Part shown: positions 34,916 to 45,009 of the stretch, one piece after another | Layout: each line of letters opens with the position of its first letter | How positions within the stretch are numbered: the first letter of the stretch is position 1 | From: Candidatus Undinarchaeales archaeon | GTDB taxonomy: Archaea; SpSt-1190; JASMDC01 | Assembly (NCBI GenBank): GCA_030753015.1 | Contig: JASMDC010000005.1 | Coordinates: 84,015 to 148,014, forward strand | Direction: 5' to 3' | DNA length: 64,000 nucleotides | Translations under genes and position numbers: made by a program | Notes under the pieces: generated by a model | Told to the model about the DNA's origin: nothing | Seen by the model: only the letters and a program-made list of their open reading frames with translations | Databases searched by the model: none

Positions 34916-37030
34916 ACCATCCTCGCCCTCGGTCGTATCGCTGGACTGGCGTTCACGCTCGCTGCTCCCGGGATCGCGGCCGCCGGCCTCCTCGGGAAGC
35001 GAGGGATGACCCGACGAGATGCGCTCATGCTTGCCCTTCCTCTGAGCCTCGCCACGATGCCGCCCCTGGCACTGGCCATGGCCATCCTCCTCGGTACGGT
35101 GGTCACACCCACTCTGCTGGTAACGACGGCCGCCATGATAACCGGATTGTTGTGGAGCGTGGGAAGCAGGCCGCCCCTTCCCAAGGTGGCCCGTCCCGGT
35201 CGGTGGTCACTCCTCGCGCTCCTTGCTATCTGCGCCCTTCTTGCACTTGACCTCAGGCCCCCCCTGGGCCAGTCCGCGTTCGATGCTACCGCATGGGGGA
35301 GCTGCACGGACATGGCCGTGTACGATACCATCGGGGCCGGGGGGCTCAATTGGTTGTGGCGTAGCCGCCTCGAGGACGCTCATCCCTACGGGCTCCGCTA
35401 CCCGACAGCAGCGGAGCCAGGTGACCCCCTCCCCTGGACGGGTGACGCTCCCGAGGAGGTATACATCGCCCCCGCTGCTCTATCGCTTCCCGCCGACTAC
35501 GTCACCAACGGCTTCGTGAACATCGAGGACCAGCGCCTCGGTAACGCTGCCCTCTATGCGACCTTCGTGGCCTTCCTCGGTAGGCCCGGCATCCATCTCG
35601 CGTTCACCATCGCCCTGATAGCTACCGTCCTAGCCACCTCGGCGGCCGCACGCAAGCTCTCCGGTCCCGGATGGCCAGGAGCGCTGGCAGGCGCCCTTGC
35701 GCTCCTAGCAGGGCTCGCAGGTCACTTCGGCCCCGGTTTCGTCCAGGTCGTGCCCGACACGCTCTTCGCCGCCCTTCTCTCGGCCACCCTCCTCACGTTC
35801 GCTCTCGGCCGTCCGACACTGAGGGGATGGTTCCTTGCGGGGATGGTCGCCGGCACCCTTCTGGCGACGAGGGACGTAGCGGTGTTCTGCCTGGTAGGGA
35901 TGGCCGTCCCCATCCTCCGGTCCCCCCGACGTAAGTGGGTGAGCATGCTGTTCATCGCAGGAATGCTCATCACGCTCTTCCCCACAATGTACGTCCATCG
36001 CTTCGCCCTGGGCAGCGTCTGGGCCAATCCCACCATGGCGAAGTTCCCAGGGGAAGGCCTCACCTACACCTTCCTCGGGACACAGTTCACCGTACCCCTC
36101 TTCCTCAACTGGCCGTTCTACCACACGATGGTCCGAACGCCCACGACGCCCTTCCCCACGGCCCTGTTCCTACCACTAGTGATCACTTTCGTCCTCGGTA
36201 CCGGCGCACTCGCCCTTGCGCTGGTGGGCATCGCACGGTCGGAAGAGCGGCGCTGGGTGCTCGCGCTGTGGATTCTCCCGCTCCTCCTATTCCTCGCGTT
36301 GCAGGAGGATTGGGACGTGGCCAGGACATCTCTCATCCATCTCCTGCTCCCGGCCCTATGGGTGGCCGTCCCCGTGGGGATCCGGACGGCGAGCGACCGG
36401 AAGGGAGCGGTCGTCGTTCTGGGCATAGTCCTCATTCTCTCAGCGGCCGTCAGGCTCGCGGCTCATGTTGACGCACCACCCGATAGTCGATGGTCAGAGG
36501 TCTACGGCGACCGTCATGTCGACGAAGGAGGTGTCGCGGACGTTCGGGAGCGCCTTCTCACAACGGGACCGTTCCCGCTCTTCCCCGAAGGACTGCCTCT
36601 GAATCCCGGGCGTCTCGCCGGGGAGCTTGCCCGAGCGGACGATCCCCGGCCCCTGCCAGAGCGTCCCTGGCACCTGCCTCGGTTCGACCTAGAACGAACC
36701 TCTGTGCACGTGGACCTCCGTTCTGGCCCGGCCGATTTGCGGCTCGCCCTCCTGGCCAGTACAGACCTCGGTCTCCCCCGGGCCAAACGGAAGGGTGACG
36801 CCTACGAGCTTACCATCCCCCGCAAGGAAGGGGGGGGCCCGTGCGCCCTGTACGAGATGACGCTCTCGGACGATGGGAACGTGCTCTCGGTGGGCCTACG
36901 GCCCTTCATGTCCGCGGAGCTCGGCGCACGCTGCCCTCCACGCTCCCGGAGCGAACAGCTCGGGAAAGTCACGCTCTGGACGTCTGGACGACGTGACGTC
37001 GCAGCCCATCGCTACCCCTTCCCGTCGTGA
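34913..37030 (+). CDS. Polytopic membrane protein, GT-C-like architecture (paralog 1)
   Basis: Many TM segments with a large first loop (VNIEDQRLGN) and motifs VPDTLFAA, PLFLNWPF..T.VRTPT and QEDWDV shared with the next gene. Confidence 0.7.
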   Translation: MTILALGRIAGLAFTLAAPGIAAAGLLGKRGMTRRDALMLALPLSLATMPPLALAMAILLGTVVTPTLLVTTAAMITGLLWSVGSRPPLPKVARPGRWSLLALLAICALLALDLRPPLGQSAFDATAWGSCTDMAVYDTIGAGGLNWLWRSRLEDAHPYGLRYPTAAEPGDPLPWTGDAPEEVYIAPAALSLPADYVTNGFVNIEDQRLGNAALYATFVAFLGRPGIHLAFTIALIATVLATSAAARKLSGPGWPGALAGALALLAGLAGHFGPGFVQVVPDTLFAALLSATLLTFALGRPTLRGWFLAGMVAGTLLATRDVAVFCLVGMAVPILRSPRRKWVSMLFIAGMLITLFPTMYVHRFALGSVWANPTMAKFPGEGLTYTFLGTQFTVPLFLNWPFYHTMVRTPTTPFPTALFLPLVITFVLGTGALALALVGIARSEERRWVLALWILPLLLFLALQEDWDVARTSLIHLLLPALWVAVPVGIRTASDRKGAVVVLGIVLILSAAVRLAAHVDAPPDSRWSEVYGDRHVDEGGVADVRERLLTTGPFPLFPEGLPLNPGRLAGELARADDPRPLPERPWHLPRFDLERTSVHVDLRSGPADLRLALLASTDLGLPRAKRKGDAYELTIPRKEGGGPCALYEMTLSDDGNVLSVGLRPFMSAELGARCPPRSRSEQLGKVTLWTSGRRDVAAHRYPFPS

Positions 37031-37039
37031 GGTGCGGGG

Positions 37040-37085
37040 CCACCGCTCCACATAAAAAGAATTACTGCGAACACGGCTCTCGATG
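37040..37085 (+). repeat. Upstream/promoter repeat, copy 2
   Basis: CCACCGCTCCACATAAAAAGAATTACTGCGAACACGGCTCTCGATG, exactly 2170 bp after copy 1. Confidence 0.85.
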
Positions 37086-39221
37086 CTCCTCACCGCGCTC
37101 TGGCGACTGTGCGGTCTTGCGGTCGTTTTCGTGCTCCCTGCCATCGCCGCCGCTCGTCTCCTGCACGATCGTCGTTCATCAGAGGGCCATCCGGCGTTCC
37201 TGGCCATCCCCCTCGCCCTCGCTATTGTGCCCCCGGCTGCTCTGGGACTGGCCTTCCTCCTTGACACCCTCGTCACCCCCGCGCTCCTCGTCGCCACATC
37301 CCTATTCCTTTCCGCTCTGCTCTGGGCCGCACGGACGCGTCATCCCTCGGTCGAGCCTCCACCCCTTGGCCTAGTTCTCCCCGCAGCGGCAGTGCTCGTC
37401 CTCGTCCTTGGTCTTCTCGTGGACATCCACCCGCCCCTCGGAGAGCTCCCCTTCGAGCAGAATCCGTGGAGACGGTGCACGCACGTGGCCGTGTACGACA
37501 CGGTCGGTGTCGGGAGTGTCACCTGGCTCTACCGTATCCGGATGGAGATCTATTCACCCTTCTTCCCGCATTACACGCGGAGCGTCCACAGGGGGCTCCC
37601 GTTACCTGGCCCTGGACGTGAGAGTGAGCGAGATGTCTCTGAAACGGATGACGAAGTATACGTGTTCCCGGCCACGGCTGCGCTTCCTGCAGACTACATC
37701 ACTAACGGATACGTGAACATCGGCGATCAGCGGCTGGGTAACACGGCCATCTTCAGCGCCCTCTTCCCCTTCCTGGGGAGCTACACGTTCCATGTCGCTT
37801 TCGCCCTAGCCCTATTGGGGACCGTGCTCGCCACGGCGGCCGCGTCCTGGCGGTTGTCGGGAGCGGGCTGGCCCGTCGCGTTCAGCGCGGCCCTGGCATT
37901 GCTCATGCCCCTGGCAACTCACTTCAGCCATGACTTCCTCTTCCTGGTCCCCGACACCCTTTTCGCCGCTTGCCTCGCTGCCGCCCTCATCGCCCTAGCT
38001 CTCGAACGTCCCTCATACCGGGGATGGCTCCTGGCCGGGATGCTCGCCGGCATGCTGCTAAGCGTCAGGGACGTGGCATTGCTCTGCCTCCCTGCGTTCG
38101 CGGTCCCGCTCTCCCGGGCATCACGACCACGGTCCGCGGTCGCGCTGTTCGCGATAGGTGCGCTCGTTACCCTCTTCCCAACGATGTACGTCCAGCAGTA
38201 TGCCTACGGCAGCGCGTGGACGAGCCCGGGGGTGGCCAAGTTCCCGGGCAACGGTATCGAGTACTCCTTCCTGGGAGCACGCACGACGTTACCGCTCTTC
38301 CTCAACTGGCCTTTCCATGAGACCATCGTACGCACGCCCACGAGCCCGGTCCCGACGTTCCTCTACCTGCCCTTGGTCATGGCGCTCCTCTTCGGTACCA
38401 CAGGGAGCGCGCTCGTCCTGGCAGGGCTCTGGTACTCCGGTGAACGGCGCATGCTCCTGCTCTGGACGGTCCCGCTGGTCCTATTCCTCGCCGTGCAGGA
38501 GGACTGGGACGTGGTTAAGACGAGTCTCGCCTACCTCTGGCTCCCGGCGCTCTGGATCGCTGCCCCCGAGGGTTTGCGCGCGTTCTCCGGACGCCGCGGA
38601 ATCGCAGCCATTTTGCTACTCACACTCGTCCTCTCGCTCACGGTGCGCTTTGCAGCGAATGTTGAGTTCGATACGGATCCGCGGTGGACCGATGCCTATG
38701 GGCTCGACCTCGATCCTTCGTACCTCGGGCCACAGACGGATACCCTCGCGACGGGACACCCCCTCCCGCTGCTCCCCACAAGGCTCCCATTCTCGCCCTC
38801 CAGGCTGCTTGACGAGCTCGGTCATGTCGGGGACGACCGCCCCATCCAGGACCGCACCGTCCTCCTGCCGCGGTTCAACCTAGAGACCGGGCCTGTTAAT
38901 CTGGACCTGCGGACCGTTCCGGCTCAGCAGCTCAGGTTCGCCCTCGGTGCCATGTCCGGCCTCGGCGCCCCACGCTCCGTACGGGTGCCTGGAGGCCACA
39001 TCATCACCTTCCCGCGAGAAGGGGGAGGCGCATGTATGTACGTGGAGGTCGCGGTTACTGCCGAAGGGGATGGCCTCGTAATCGACCTCGTGCCCCTCGG
39101 TCCCGGCGACCTGGGCATCACCTGCCCAGAAGACCTGCAACGCAATCCCCTCGGTGAGTTCTTCGTCTGGACCGACCGTCCCATCGAGCTCCGGACGGAC
39201 AGCGCCTGGGACCGTACATGA
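37083..39221 (+). CDS. Polytopic membrane protein, GT-C-like architecture (paralog 2)
   Basis: Colinear with 34913..37030: AVYDT.G.G, LPADYITNGYVNIGDQRLGN, VPDTLFAA, TLFPTMYV, AKFPG, LNWPF, QEDWDV. Confidence 0.7.
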   Translation: MLLTALWRLCGLAVVFVLPAIAAARLLHDRRSSEGHPAFLAIPLALAIVPPAALGLAFLLDTLVTPALLVATSLFLSALLWAARTRHPSVEPPPLGLVLPAAAVLVLVLGLLVDIHPPLGELPFEQNPWRRCTHVAVYDTVGVGSVTWLYRIRMEIYSPFFPHYTRSVHRGLPLPGPGRESERDVSETDDEVYVFPATAALPADYITNGYVNIGDQRLGNTAIFSALFPFLGSYTFHVAFALALLGTVLATAAASWRLSGAGWPVAFSAALALLMPLATHFSHDFLFLVPDTLFAACLAAALIALALERPSYRGWLLAGMLAGMLLSVRDVALLCLPAFAVPLSRASRPRSAVALFAIGALVTLFPTMYVQQYAYGSAWTSPGVAKFPGNGIEYSFLGARTTLPLFLNWPFHETIVRTPTSPVPTFLYLPLVMALLFGTTGSALVLAGLWYSGERRMLLLWTVPLVLFLAVQEDWDVVKTSLAYLWLPALWIAAPEGLRAFSGRRGIAAILLLTLVLSLTVRFAANVEFDTDPRWTDAYGLDLDPSYLGPQTDTLATGHPLPLLPTRLPFSPSRLLDELGHVGDDRPIQDRTVLLPRFNLETGPVNLDLRTVPAQQLRFALGAMSGLGAPRSVRVPGGHIITFPREGGGACMYVEVAVTAEGDGLVIDLVPLGPGDLGITCPEDLQRNPLGEFFVWTDRPIELRTDSAWDRT

Positions 39222-39299
39222 GGGCTGCGGACCGTACAGGTCAGGTTTAAGAGGCTTTGGGTGGTATCGCCAAACGACCGCTCCCAGAGCGGAAAGGTT

Positions 39300-40637
39300 G
39301 TGATTCCAATACCAGTTCTGAGCATTGTCGGATCGCAGTGGGGCGACGAGGGAAAGGGCAAGATCGTGGACGCCGTGTCCGAGAACGCTGACATGATCGT
39401 GCGCTATCAGGGCGGCGACAACGCCGGCCACACGGTGATGGTCGAGGACCGGACCTACAAATTCCATGTCCTCCCAGCGGGTGTGCTCCGGGGGATCCGG
39501 AGCCTCGTTGCTAGCGAGGTCGTCGTGAACCCGGCCCAGGTGAAGCGCGAGCTCGACGCCCTCGAGCGCGAGGCCAACCTAGGGATCGATCCCCGATGTC
39601 ACGTCATCATCCCCTACCACGTTGCCATGGACCTGGCCAAGGAGGCACACCGGGCAAAGACCACGGGCGCTGCCATCGGCACCACCGCTCGGGGCATCGG
39701 GCCCTGTTACTCTGATGCTGCGGACCGCACGGGCATCACCTTCTTCGAGTTCGTGGGGGACCCGAAGGTCCTGGAAAAGCGCATCCGCGATAACTTCATC
39801 CTCAAAGAGAAGTACCTCCGGGCCGTGTACGACGAGGGTATGACCGTGATCCGTGAAGGAAAGCGTGTGGAGACCACCGCGGACGAGATCGTGGCAGAGT
39901 ACATCGAGCTCGGCAAGCTCCTACGCCCCTACCTCACCGATGTTTCCATAGAGGTCAACGATGCCATCGCGGCAGGTAAGAACGTGGTGTTCGAGGGGGC
40001 ACAGGGGACGCTCCTTGACCTTTACTTCGGTAACTACCCCAAGGTCACCAGCTCTCACCCCATGACCGGTGCTGCATTCACCAGCGTGGGCATGCCACCG
40101 ATGGCCATCCAGAGCATCGGTATCATGAAGGCCTACGTCACCAAGGTCGGCTCGGGTCCCGTGGTCACGTGCCTTGACGGCGGACGATGGCCTGTGGACG
40201 AGTCGGCATCGGAGCCGGATGCCATCGAGATCCGGAAGCAGGGCAAGGAGTATGGTGCCACCACCGGCCGCGCCCGGCGCGTGGGATGGCTCGACCTGGT
40301 CGTCCAGCGATACTCCAACCGTATCAACGGCTTTACCGACATGGCCCTCACCAAGCTGGACGTCCTGGCGGGCATGGACACGATCAAGATCTGCGTCGCC
40401 TACGAGTGCGACGGTGAGACGATCACCGACTACCCCTCCTGGGATCTGGAAAAGCTGGCACGATGCGAACCTGTGTACAAGGATTTCCCTGGCTTCCAGA
40501 AGGTAGAAGACGAGAACGCTCAGCAGATCATCGCTTTCATCGAGAGCGAGATGGGCGTGCCCATCACCATCCTATCCACTGGCCCCGGCCGCACCGAGAC
40601 GGTGTACCGCGGATTCGAGGGTCTGTCAGGGCAGTAG
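39300..40637 (+). CDS. purA: Adenylosuccinate synthetase (long form)
   Basis: GSQWGDEGKGK, RYQGGDNAGHT, IGTTARGIGP, FEGAQG, EYGATTGRARRVGWLD and LTKLDVL. Start approximate (GTG 39300). Confidence 0.96.
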   Translation: MIPIPVLSIVGSQWGDEGKGKIVDAVSENADMIVRYQGGDNAGHTVMVEDRTYKFHVLPAGVLRGIRSLVASEVVVNPAQVKRELDALEREANLGIDPRCHVIIPYHVAMDLAKEAHRAKTTGAAIGTTARGIGPCYSDAADRTGITFFEFVGDPKVLEKRIRDNFILKEKYLRAVYDEGMTVIREGKRVETTADEIVAEYIELGKLLRPYLTDVSIEVNDAIAAGKNVVFEGAQGTLLDLYFGNYPKVTSSHPMTGAAFTSVGMPPMAIQSIGIMKAYVTKVGSGPVVTCLDGGRWPVDESASEPDAIEIRKQGKEYGATTGRARRVGWLDLVVQRYSNRINGFTDMALTKLDVLAGMDTIKICVAYECDGETITDYPSWDLEKLARCEPVYKDFPGFQKVEDENAQQIIAFIESEMGVPITILSTGPGRTETVYRGFEGLSGQ

Positions 40638-40649
40638 GTCCCCATCCGT

Positions 40650-41936
40650 TCAGTCCGCAGTCAGTTCCTTAGCGATGCCACGTACACGCTTTAGTATGTC
40701 GTCCACCGGGAACGTGAACGCTCTATCCCGATAGAGGAACCTGCCCCCGACGAGCGTATCAGTGACATCCCCTCCCTGTGCAGCATAGACCAGATTCGAG
40801 ACCGGATCGTGGCACGGGATGAGCCGCGGCGAGTCGAGGTCCAGGAGCACCATGTCCGCCAGTTTTCCCTCCTCGATGGAGCCGAGGTCTGCCTCGACGT
40901 GCATCACCCGGGCCGCGTCGATGGTCGCCATATCCATCACGCGGCGGGCAGGCATGACGGTCGCATCCATGTTCGCCGCCTTGTGTACGAGAGCGCACAC
41001 CTTCATCTCCTCAAGCATGTCGAGGTTGTTGTTCGAGACGTTCGAGTCGGTGCCCAGGCCCACGGGCACTCCGACCTTGTCCAAGAGGGCCATGGGGGGC
41101 ACTCCGCCCACAGCGAGCTTCATGTTGGACGTGGGATTATGGGAAACGGTCACGCCCTTGTCGGCCATGAGCCGGACGTCATCCTTATCCAGATGGACGC
41201 AGTGGAACGCGATGGTGGGCAGGTCGAACACCCCGAGGTCCGCCAGATACCGGGGGGGGCGCTTGCCCTTGTCCTTCACCATGTTCTCGACCTCGCCCGC
41301 GGTCTCGGAAAGGTGTATCTGGATGGGGACCTCATGCTTCCTGGCCACATCCATGGCCATGTGCAGAGTCTCTTCCGAGCACGTGTAGGGGGCATGGGGG
41401 GATATGTCCGGGTAGATGAGCGGGTGTTTCTTGGAGGCCCGGCACAGAGCATCGGCCGAGCGCTTGTACTCCTCGGGCCCCGAGGCCATGTTCGTGGGGA
41501 AGTCCAGGAATATACCACCGGGAGCAAATCGCATGCCTACCGTCTCTGTAGCCCGGCACCCCTGCTCGGGCCAAAAGTACATGTCATGGCAGAAGGTGGT
41601 CCCGGAGGACACCATCTCCAGCTGGGCGAGCACGGTGGAATAGTACACGGCCTCCTCTGTGAGCTTTGCTTCGGTCGGCCAGATGCGCTCCTCGAGCCAG
41701 GGCATGAGGGCCATGTCGTCAGCAAAACCCCGCATGAACGACATGCCCGTATGACTGTGGGTATTGATAAGACCAGGGATGACGATCCGCCGAGACGCGT
41801 CGACCACCTCGTCGACCTTATCGGGCAGGTCCTTACCGACCTTGGCGATGCGGTCGCCGTCGATGAGCACATCACCGCGGAACACGCGGCGCTTGTGATC
41901 CTGGGTCACCAGCAGTCCGTTCTTGATGAGCAGCAT
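40650..41936 (-). CDS. Amidohydrolase, MTA/SAH/5'-deoxyadenosine deaminase family (MtaD/DadD-like)
   Basis: PGLINTHSH, LMPWLEERIWPTE, PHAPYTCS, IHLSET, HNPTSNMKLA and LGTDSNVSNNNLDM. Confidence 0.88.
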   Translation of the reverse strand: MLLIKNGLLVTQDHKRRVFRGDVLIDGDRIAKVGKDLPDKVDEVVDASRRIVIPGLINTHSHTGMSFMRGFADDMALMPWLEERIWPTEAKLTEEAVYYSTVLAQLEMVSSGTTFCHDMYFWPEQGCRATETVGMRFAPGGIFLDFPTNMASGPEEYKRSADALCRASKKHPLIYPDISPHAPYTCSEETLHMAMDVARKHEVPIQIHLSETAGEVENMVKDKGKRPPRYLADLGVFDLPTIAFHCVHLDKDDVRLMADKGVTVSHNPTSNMKLAVGGVPPMALLDKVGVPVGLGTDSNVSNNNLDMLEEMKVCALVHKAANMDATVMPARRVMDMATIDAARVMHVEADLGSIEEGKLADMVLLDLDSPRLIPCHDPVSNLVYAAQGGDVTDTLVGGRFLYRDRAFTFPVDDILKRVRGIAKELTAD

Positions 41937-42075
41937 GGTCGTTCACCTAGATCACGGGGGTGTGAGTATCTTTATGTATCTACGGGAGGGTGTGGTATTG
42001 TAGCGAGAGGGAGATCCACCCCTCATAGGATATGATGATCGTGCTTGGCCTGAAGGTTGGGTTTGAGCGTTCCGG

Positions 42076-42252
42076 TCAGGAGGGTGTAGTACCTCCCTGT
42101 ACGAGGAAATCATCGAGCCGTTCCTGGACTAGCCTATGGCGGCGATAGATGAGCCTGCCGCATCGATGGCACTGTACGAAGGCGTACCGACCCTGAGTAT
42201 TCTCGGGAACGGTCCACCTGAAGTGACAGCGGTCGCATTCCACCTCACGCAT
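42076..42252 (-). CDS. Small Zn-ribbon protein
   Basis: MREVECDRC...QCHRCG, two CxxC pairs in 58 aa; TTTAAA box about 23 nt upstream. Confidence 0.65.
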   Translation of the reverse strand: MREVECDRCHFRWTVPENTQGRYAFVQCHRCGRLIYRRHRLVQERLDDFLVQGGTTPS

Positions 42253-42317
42253 GAATGAGAAAGGCAGTCCATCCTTTAAATGGGACAAGTGGGGGGAATG
42301 CCGGTATTCGCCAGTGC

Positions 42318-42545
42318 CTAATCGAGCTTCATGCCGCCCGTCAGGAAGGAGAACACGTCCTCCTCGGCCTGGTCCTTCCCGAAGAACATGCCCACCTTGT
42401 AGCCTACAAAGAAGCCGCCGGCGAACACTAGCACCTCAGGGTGCTCGATAAGGAACTCGACGATGGACGTGATAAGACCGTAAAGGAAGGCGAAAATCCC
42501 CTTGCCGACCTCAAGAGCCTTGGCGATAACCTCGTCAGGGTCCAT
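42318..42545 (-). CDS. Small membrane protein
   Basis: 75 aa with two hydrophobic segments; minus-strand TATATAA at 42573-42579. Confidence 0.6.
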   Translation of the reverse strand: MDPDEVIAKALEVGKGIFAFLYGLITSIVEFLIEHPEVLVFAGGFFVGYKVGMFFGKDQAEEDVFSFLTGGMKLD

Positions 42546-42595
42546 CAGGTGTGATACAGCGGCTCAGGGTAGTTATATACCTTTCGCTTGCCCTG

Positions 42596-44902
42596 TTAAG
42601 AAGGCCCCGGGGGCCGGTTCCAGGCCTGCTGAGGCTGTTGGACAGGCCCCTGGACCGGGGCCTGCATGGATTGAGCTGCGGTCGGAGATGGCTGGGGTGC
42701 GGACGAGGTCACGGCCATATCCATTCGCCTCTTCAGACCCCAAGCGAGCGCCGCGTGGACCATGAACGCCGTCACCGCTGCAAGGATCCCGTCGTTGCCC
42801 TGTCGCATGATGACAGCTGCCATGAAGAGCACCACGCCCACCGTTACGATCGCCAAGAATCCACGGACCTCCTCCTCTGAGATGTCCAGGGCTGTGGCCG
42901 CGAACCACTCTCCCGAACGGAAGATGAACATGAGGTACGAGACGAGGTAGAACGCCACGGTGACGATCATGAAGTCCCCGAACATCTTGACGAGAGCAAG
43001 ATTGATGTTCCCCACGATGAGCTGCGAGAAGTAGAGGATCATGCAAGCCGAGAAGATGAAGATGTACTGGGAGAAGAAGAGCATCGAGAGGATGAAGGAG
43101 CCGGTGAGCATGAGGTTACGTAACGAGGTGTACGACCACAACGCCAGCACGGTGAGAAGGATGACGGTCGACAGTCCCAGGATCACGGGGAACAGGTCGG
43201 CGCTCGATCCGAGGGGCTGGGTCTGGAAGTCCACACCCCCGACGTTCCCGATGGTCGGCAGCTCCCAGCTCTGGCCAAGGATCGTGTAGGTCTCGTATCC
43301 CTCATGGAGCATTCCCATGGAGCTCCATGGCGCCATGAAGTGGGCCACGGCGCTGGAAAGGAACAGGGCCAGGAGCAGGCGTGTGACGAACCAGTGCTTC
43401 CAAACAGGATTGCCGCCCATCTCCTTGGAGGCCATGAGCACGAACACCGCCACAGGCATGGCCATGAGGAAGAGGAGGGCGATGGTGTCGAGCACGTACA
43501 CCGCCACGGTCATGGCGACCCCAGGGCCCTGGAGCCCCGCGATGTCCTTGGTGAGCAGCTCGATGGGGGGCCGGTGACGCTGGGCCCATATCGTGGGATC
43601 GATGTTCACCATGCGTGTCTCCATACCGCCGAAGAGCGAGGGAAGGATGAAGTAGCCGGCGTCCGCGATGACGTGGGTGATGAGGAGGGCCGAGAGACCA
43701 AGGTACACCAAGCGCGACCTCGTGAACAGGGACGCCAGCAGGATCACGAACTGCTCGTCCATGGCCCCGAACTTATTTGCGGCCGCGATGTCCAGGGAGC
43801 GGAAGTAGGAGAGGGCGTAGAGGAACGCTACTACGTAGAGCGACTTGTCGATAGAGACGACCAGCCACTGGGTGACCGTATCGAACACGAACATGAAGAA
43901 GCCCAGCAGGGCGTAGTACACGGCGATGAACCGGACCAGGAGGAACGCCAGAAGTCGGTGGGTTGGTTCGGACCTGAAGTCCGCGGACAGGAGCTGCCAG
44001 AACACGGCCACGTCAAAGGAGTGCAGAACGGTCAGCTTCGATGTGACAAGTACAAAGAAGGAGTAGGCGAAGCTGGACCCCGTGAAGTCGACGGCCCAGG
44101 CCGCGGTCGCAGAATAGATCGCCAGGAGCAGGAACCCGATGGCCATGCTCCACTCATCGAGGGTGCTGCTGACACCAACCACGACGTCCTTGTGAGCTTC
44201 ACCCACGACGACCTGCCAGTCCACCTCCTCACGCATGTGGAGGCTCACGGTCACAGGTGCCAGGGGTATCATCTTGAACTGGTTCTCGAAGGTGTAGTTC
44301 GCACACTTCACGGTTCCGCTGACCACGAACTCGGCGCTCTTGACCACCTCCTCACCGGTCTCCTCGTCCAGGTACTCTAGCTGTACGACAGGCGTCTGCG
44401 TGAGTACTAATGTTCCGTTCTGGTCATCAAAGAGACCGACAAGGGTCACACCTGTGGCACGCGGGTACTTGCTGTTCAGGTTGTACTTGATGATTACTTT
44501 ACCCCTCTCCTCATCAAGAATCTTACCTATGACCTTCATGGGCTCGAAGTACTTCGTCGGACTTGCGTATTCCAGCACGTCCCCGGGATCGACCAGCCCG
44601 AAGGTGCTGCCCACCTCCACGAGCACCAACCGCCCAGTCTCGAAGGTCGTAGCGGTGAACACCACGTGCTTGACGGCGAGGATGTAGAGGATCGTCAGGA
44701 TGGCCAGGTTCATCTTCTTGGACGTGGTCCCGAAGAGGATTGCGGGGATGTTCAGTTCGTACCAGAGCATCGAGAGCATCAGGTAGGCCAGTGCGTCTCC
44801 AAAGAGGTCCAACCATTCGGGCAGAAGGCTGAGGAGGTCCCCGATACCAAGGGCGAGGGTTAGGAGGATGAACACACCCTTGACGACCTGCGCAAAGTCC
44901 AT
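42596..44902 (-). CDS. Large polytopic membrane protein of unknown function
   Basis: 768 aa, more than 12 hydrophobic segments, a beta-rich loop near the N-terminus and a Pro/Gln-rich C-terminal tail. Confidence 0.75.
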   Translation of the reverse strand: MDFAQVVKGVFILLTLALGIGDLLSLLPEWLDLFGDALAYLMLSMLWYELNIPAILFGTTSKKMNLAILTILYILAVKHVVFTATTFETGRLVLVEVGSTFGLVDPGDVLEYASPTKYFEPMKVIGKILDEERGKVIIKYNLNSKYPRATGVTLVGLFDDQNGTLVLTQTPVVQLEYLDEETGEEVVKSAEFVVSGTVKCANYTFENQFKMIPLAPVTVSLHMREEVDWQVVVGEAHKDVVVGVSSTLDEWSMAIGFLLLAIYSATAAWAVDFTGSSFAYSFFVLVTSKLTVLHSFDVAVFWQLLSADFRSEPTHRLLAFLLVRFIAVYYALLGFFMFVFDTVTQWLVVSIDKSLYVVAFLYALSYFRSLDIAAANKFGAMDEQFVILLASLFTRSRLVYLGLSALLITHVIADAGYFILPSLFGGMETRMVNIDPTIWAQRHRPPIELLTKDIAGLQGPGVAMTVAVYVLDTIALLFLMAMPVAVFVLMASKEMGGNPVWKHWFVTRLLLALFLSSAVAHFMAPWSSMGMLHEGYETYTILGQSWELPTIGNVGGVDFQTQPLGSSADLFPVILGLSTVILLTVLALWSYTSLRNLMLTGSFILSMLFFSQYIFIFSACMILYFSQLIVGNINLALVKMFGDFMIVTVAFYLVSYLMFIFRSGEWFAATALDISEEEVRGFLAIVTVGVVLFMAAVIMRQGNDGILAAVTAFMVHAALAWGLKRRMDMAVTSSAPQPSPTAAQSMQAPVQGPVQQPQQAWNRPPGPS

Positions 44903-45009
44903 GGTATGCCCTCACCGGTGTACCGAAGGCTACGGGAGCTCGGTAATATTTAAAACGTGGTGGGGCGGGGGGCGTGCTGCCCCCCGCGCCGTCCGCGTAC
45001 CTCGGCGGC

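Noticed and set aside
40809-42035. 408-aa plus-strand ORF
   Set aside because: Antisense shadow of the deaminase in GC-rich DNA, with His/Arg-rich nonsense composition.
42032-42080. Possible C/D-box sRNA (ATGATGA...CTGA)
   Set aside because: Box C and one CTGA are present, but there is no convincing C' box, terminal D box or terminal stem.
43304-44380. 358-aa plus-strand ORF
   Set aside because: Antisense shadow of the 768-aa membrane protein.
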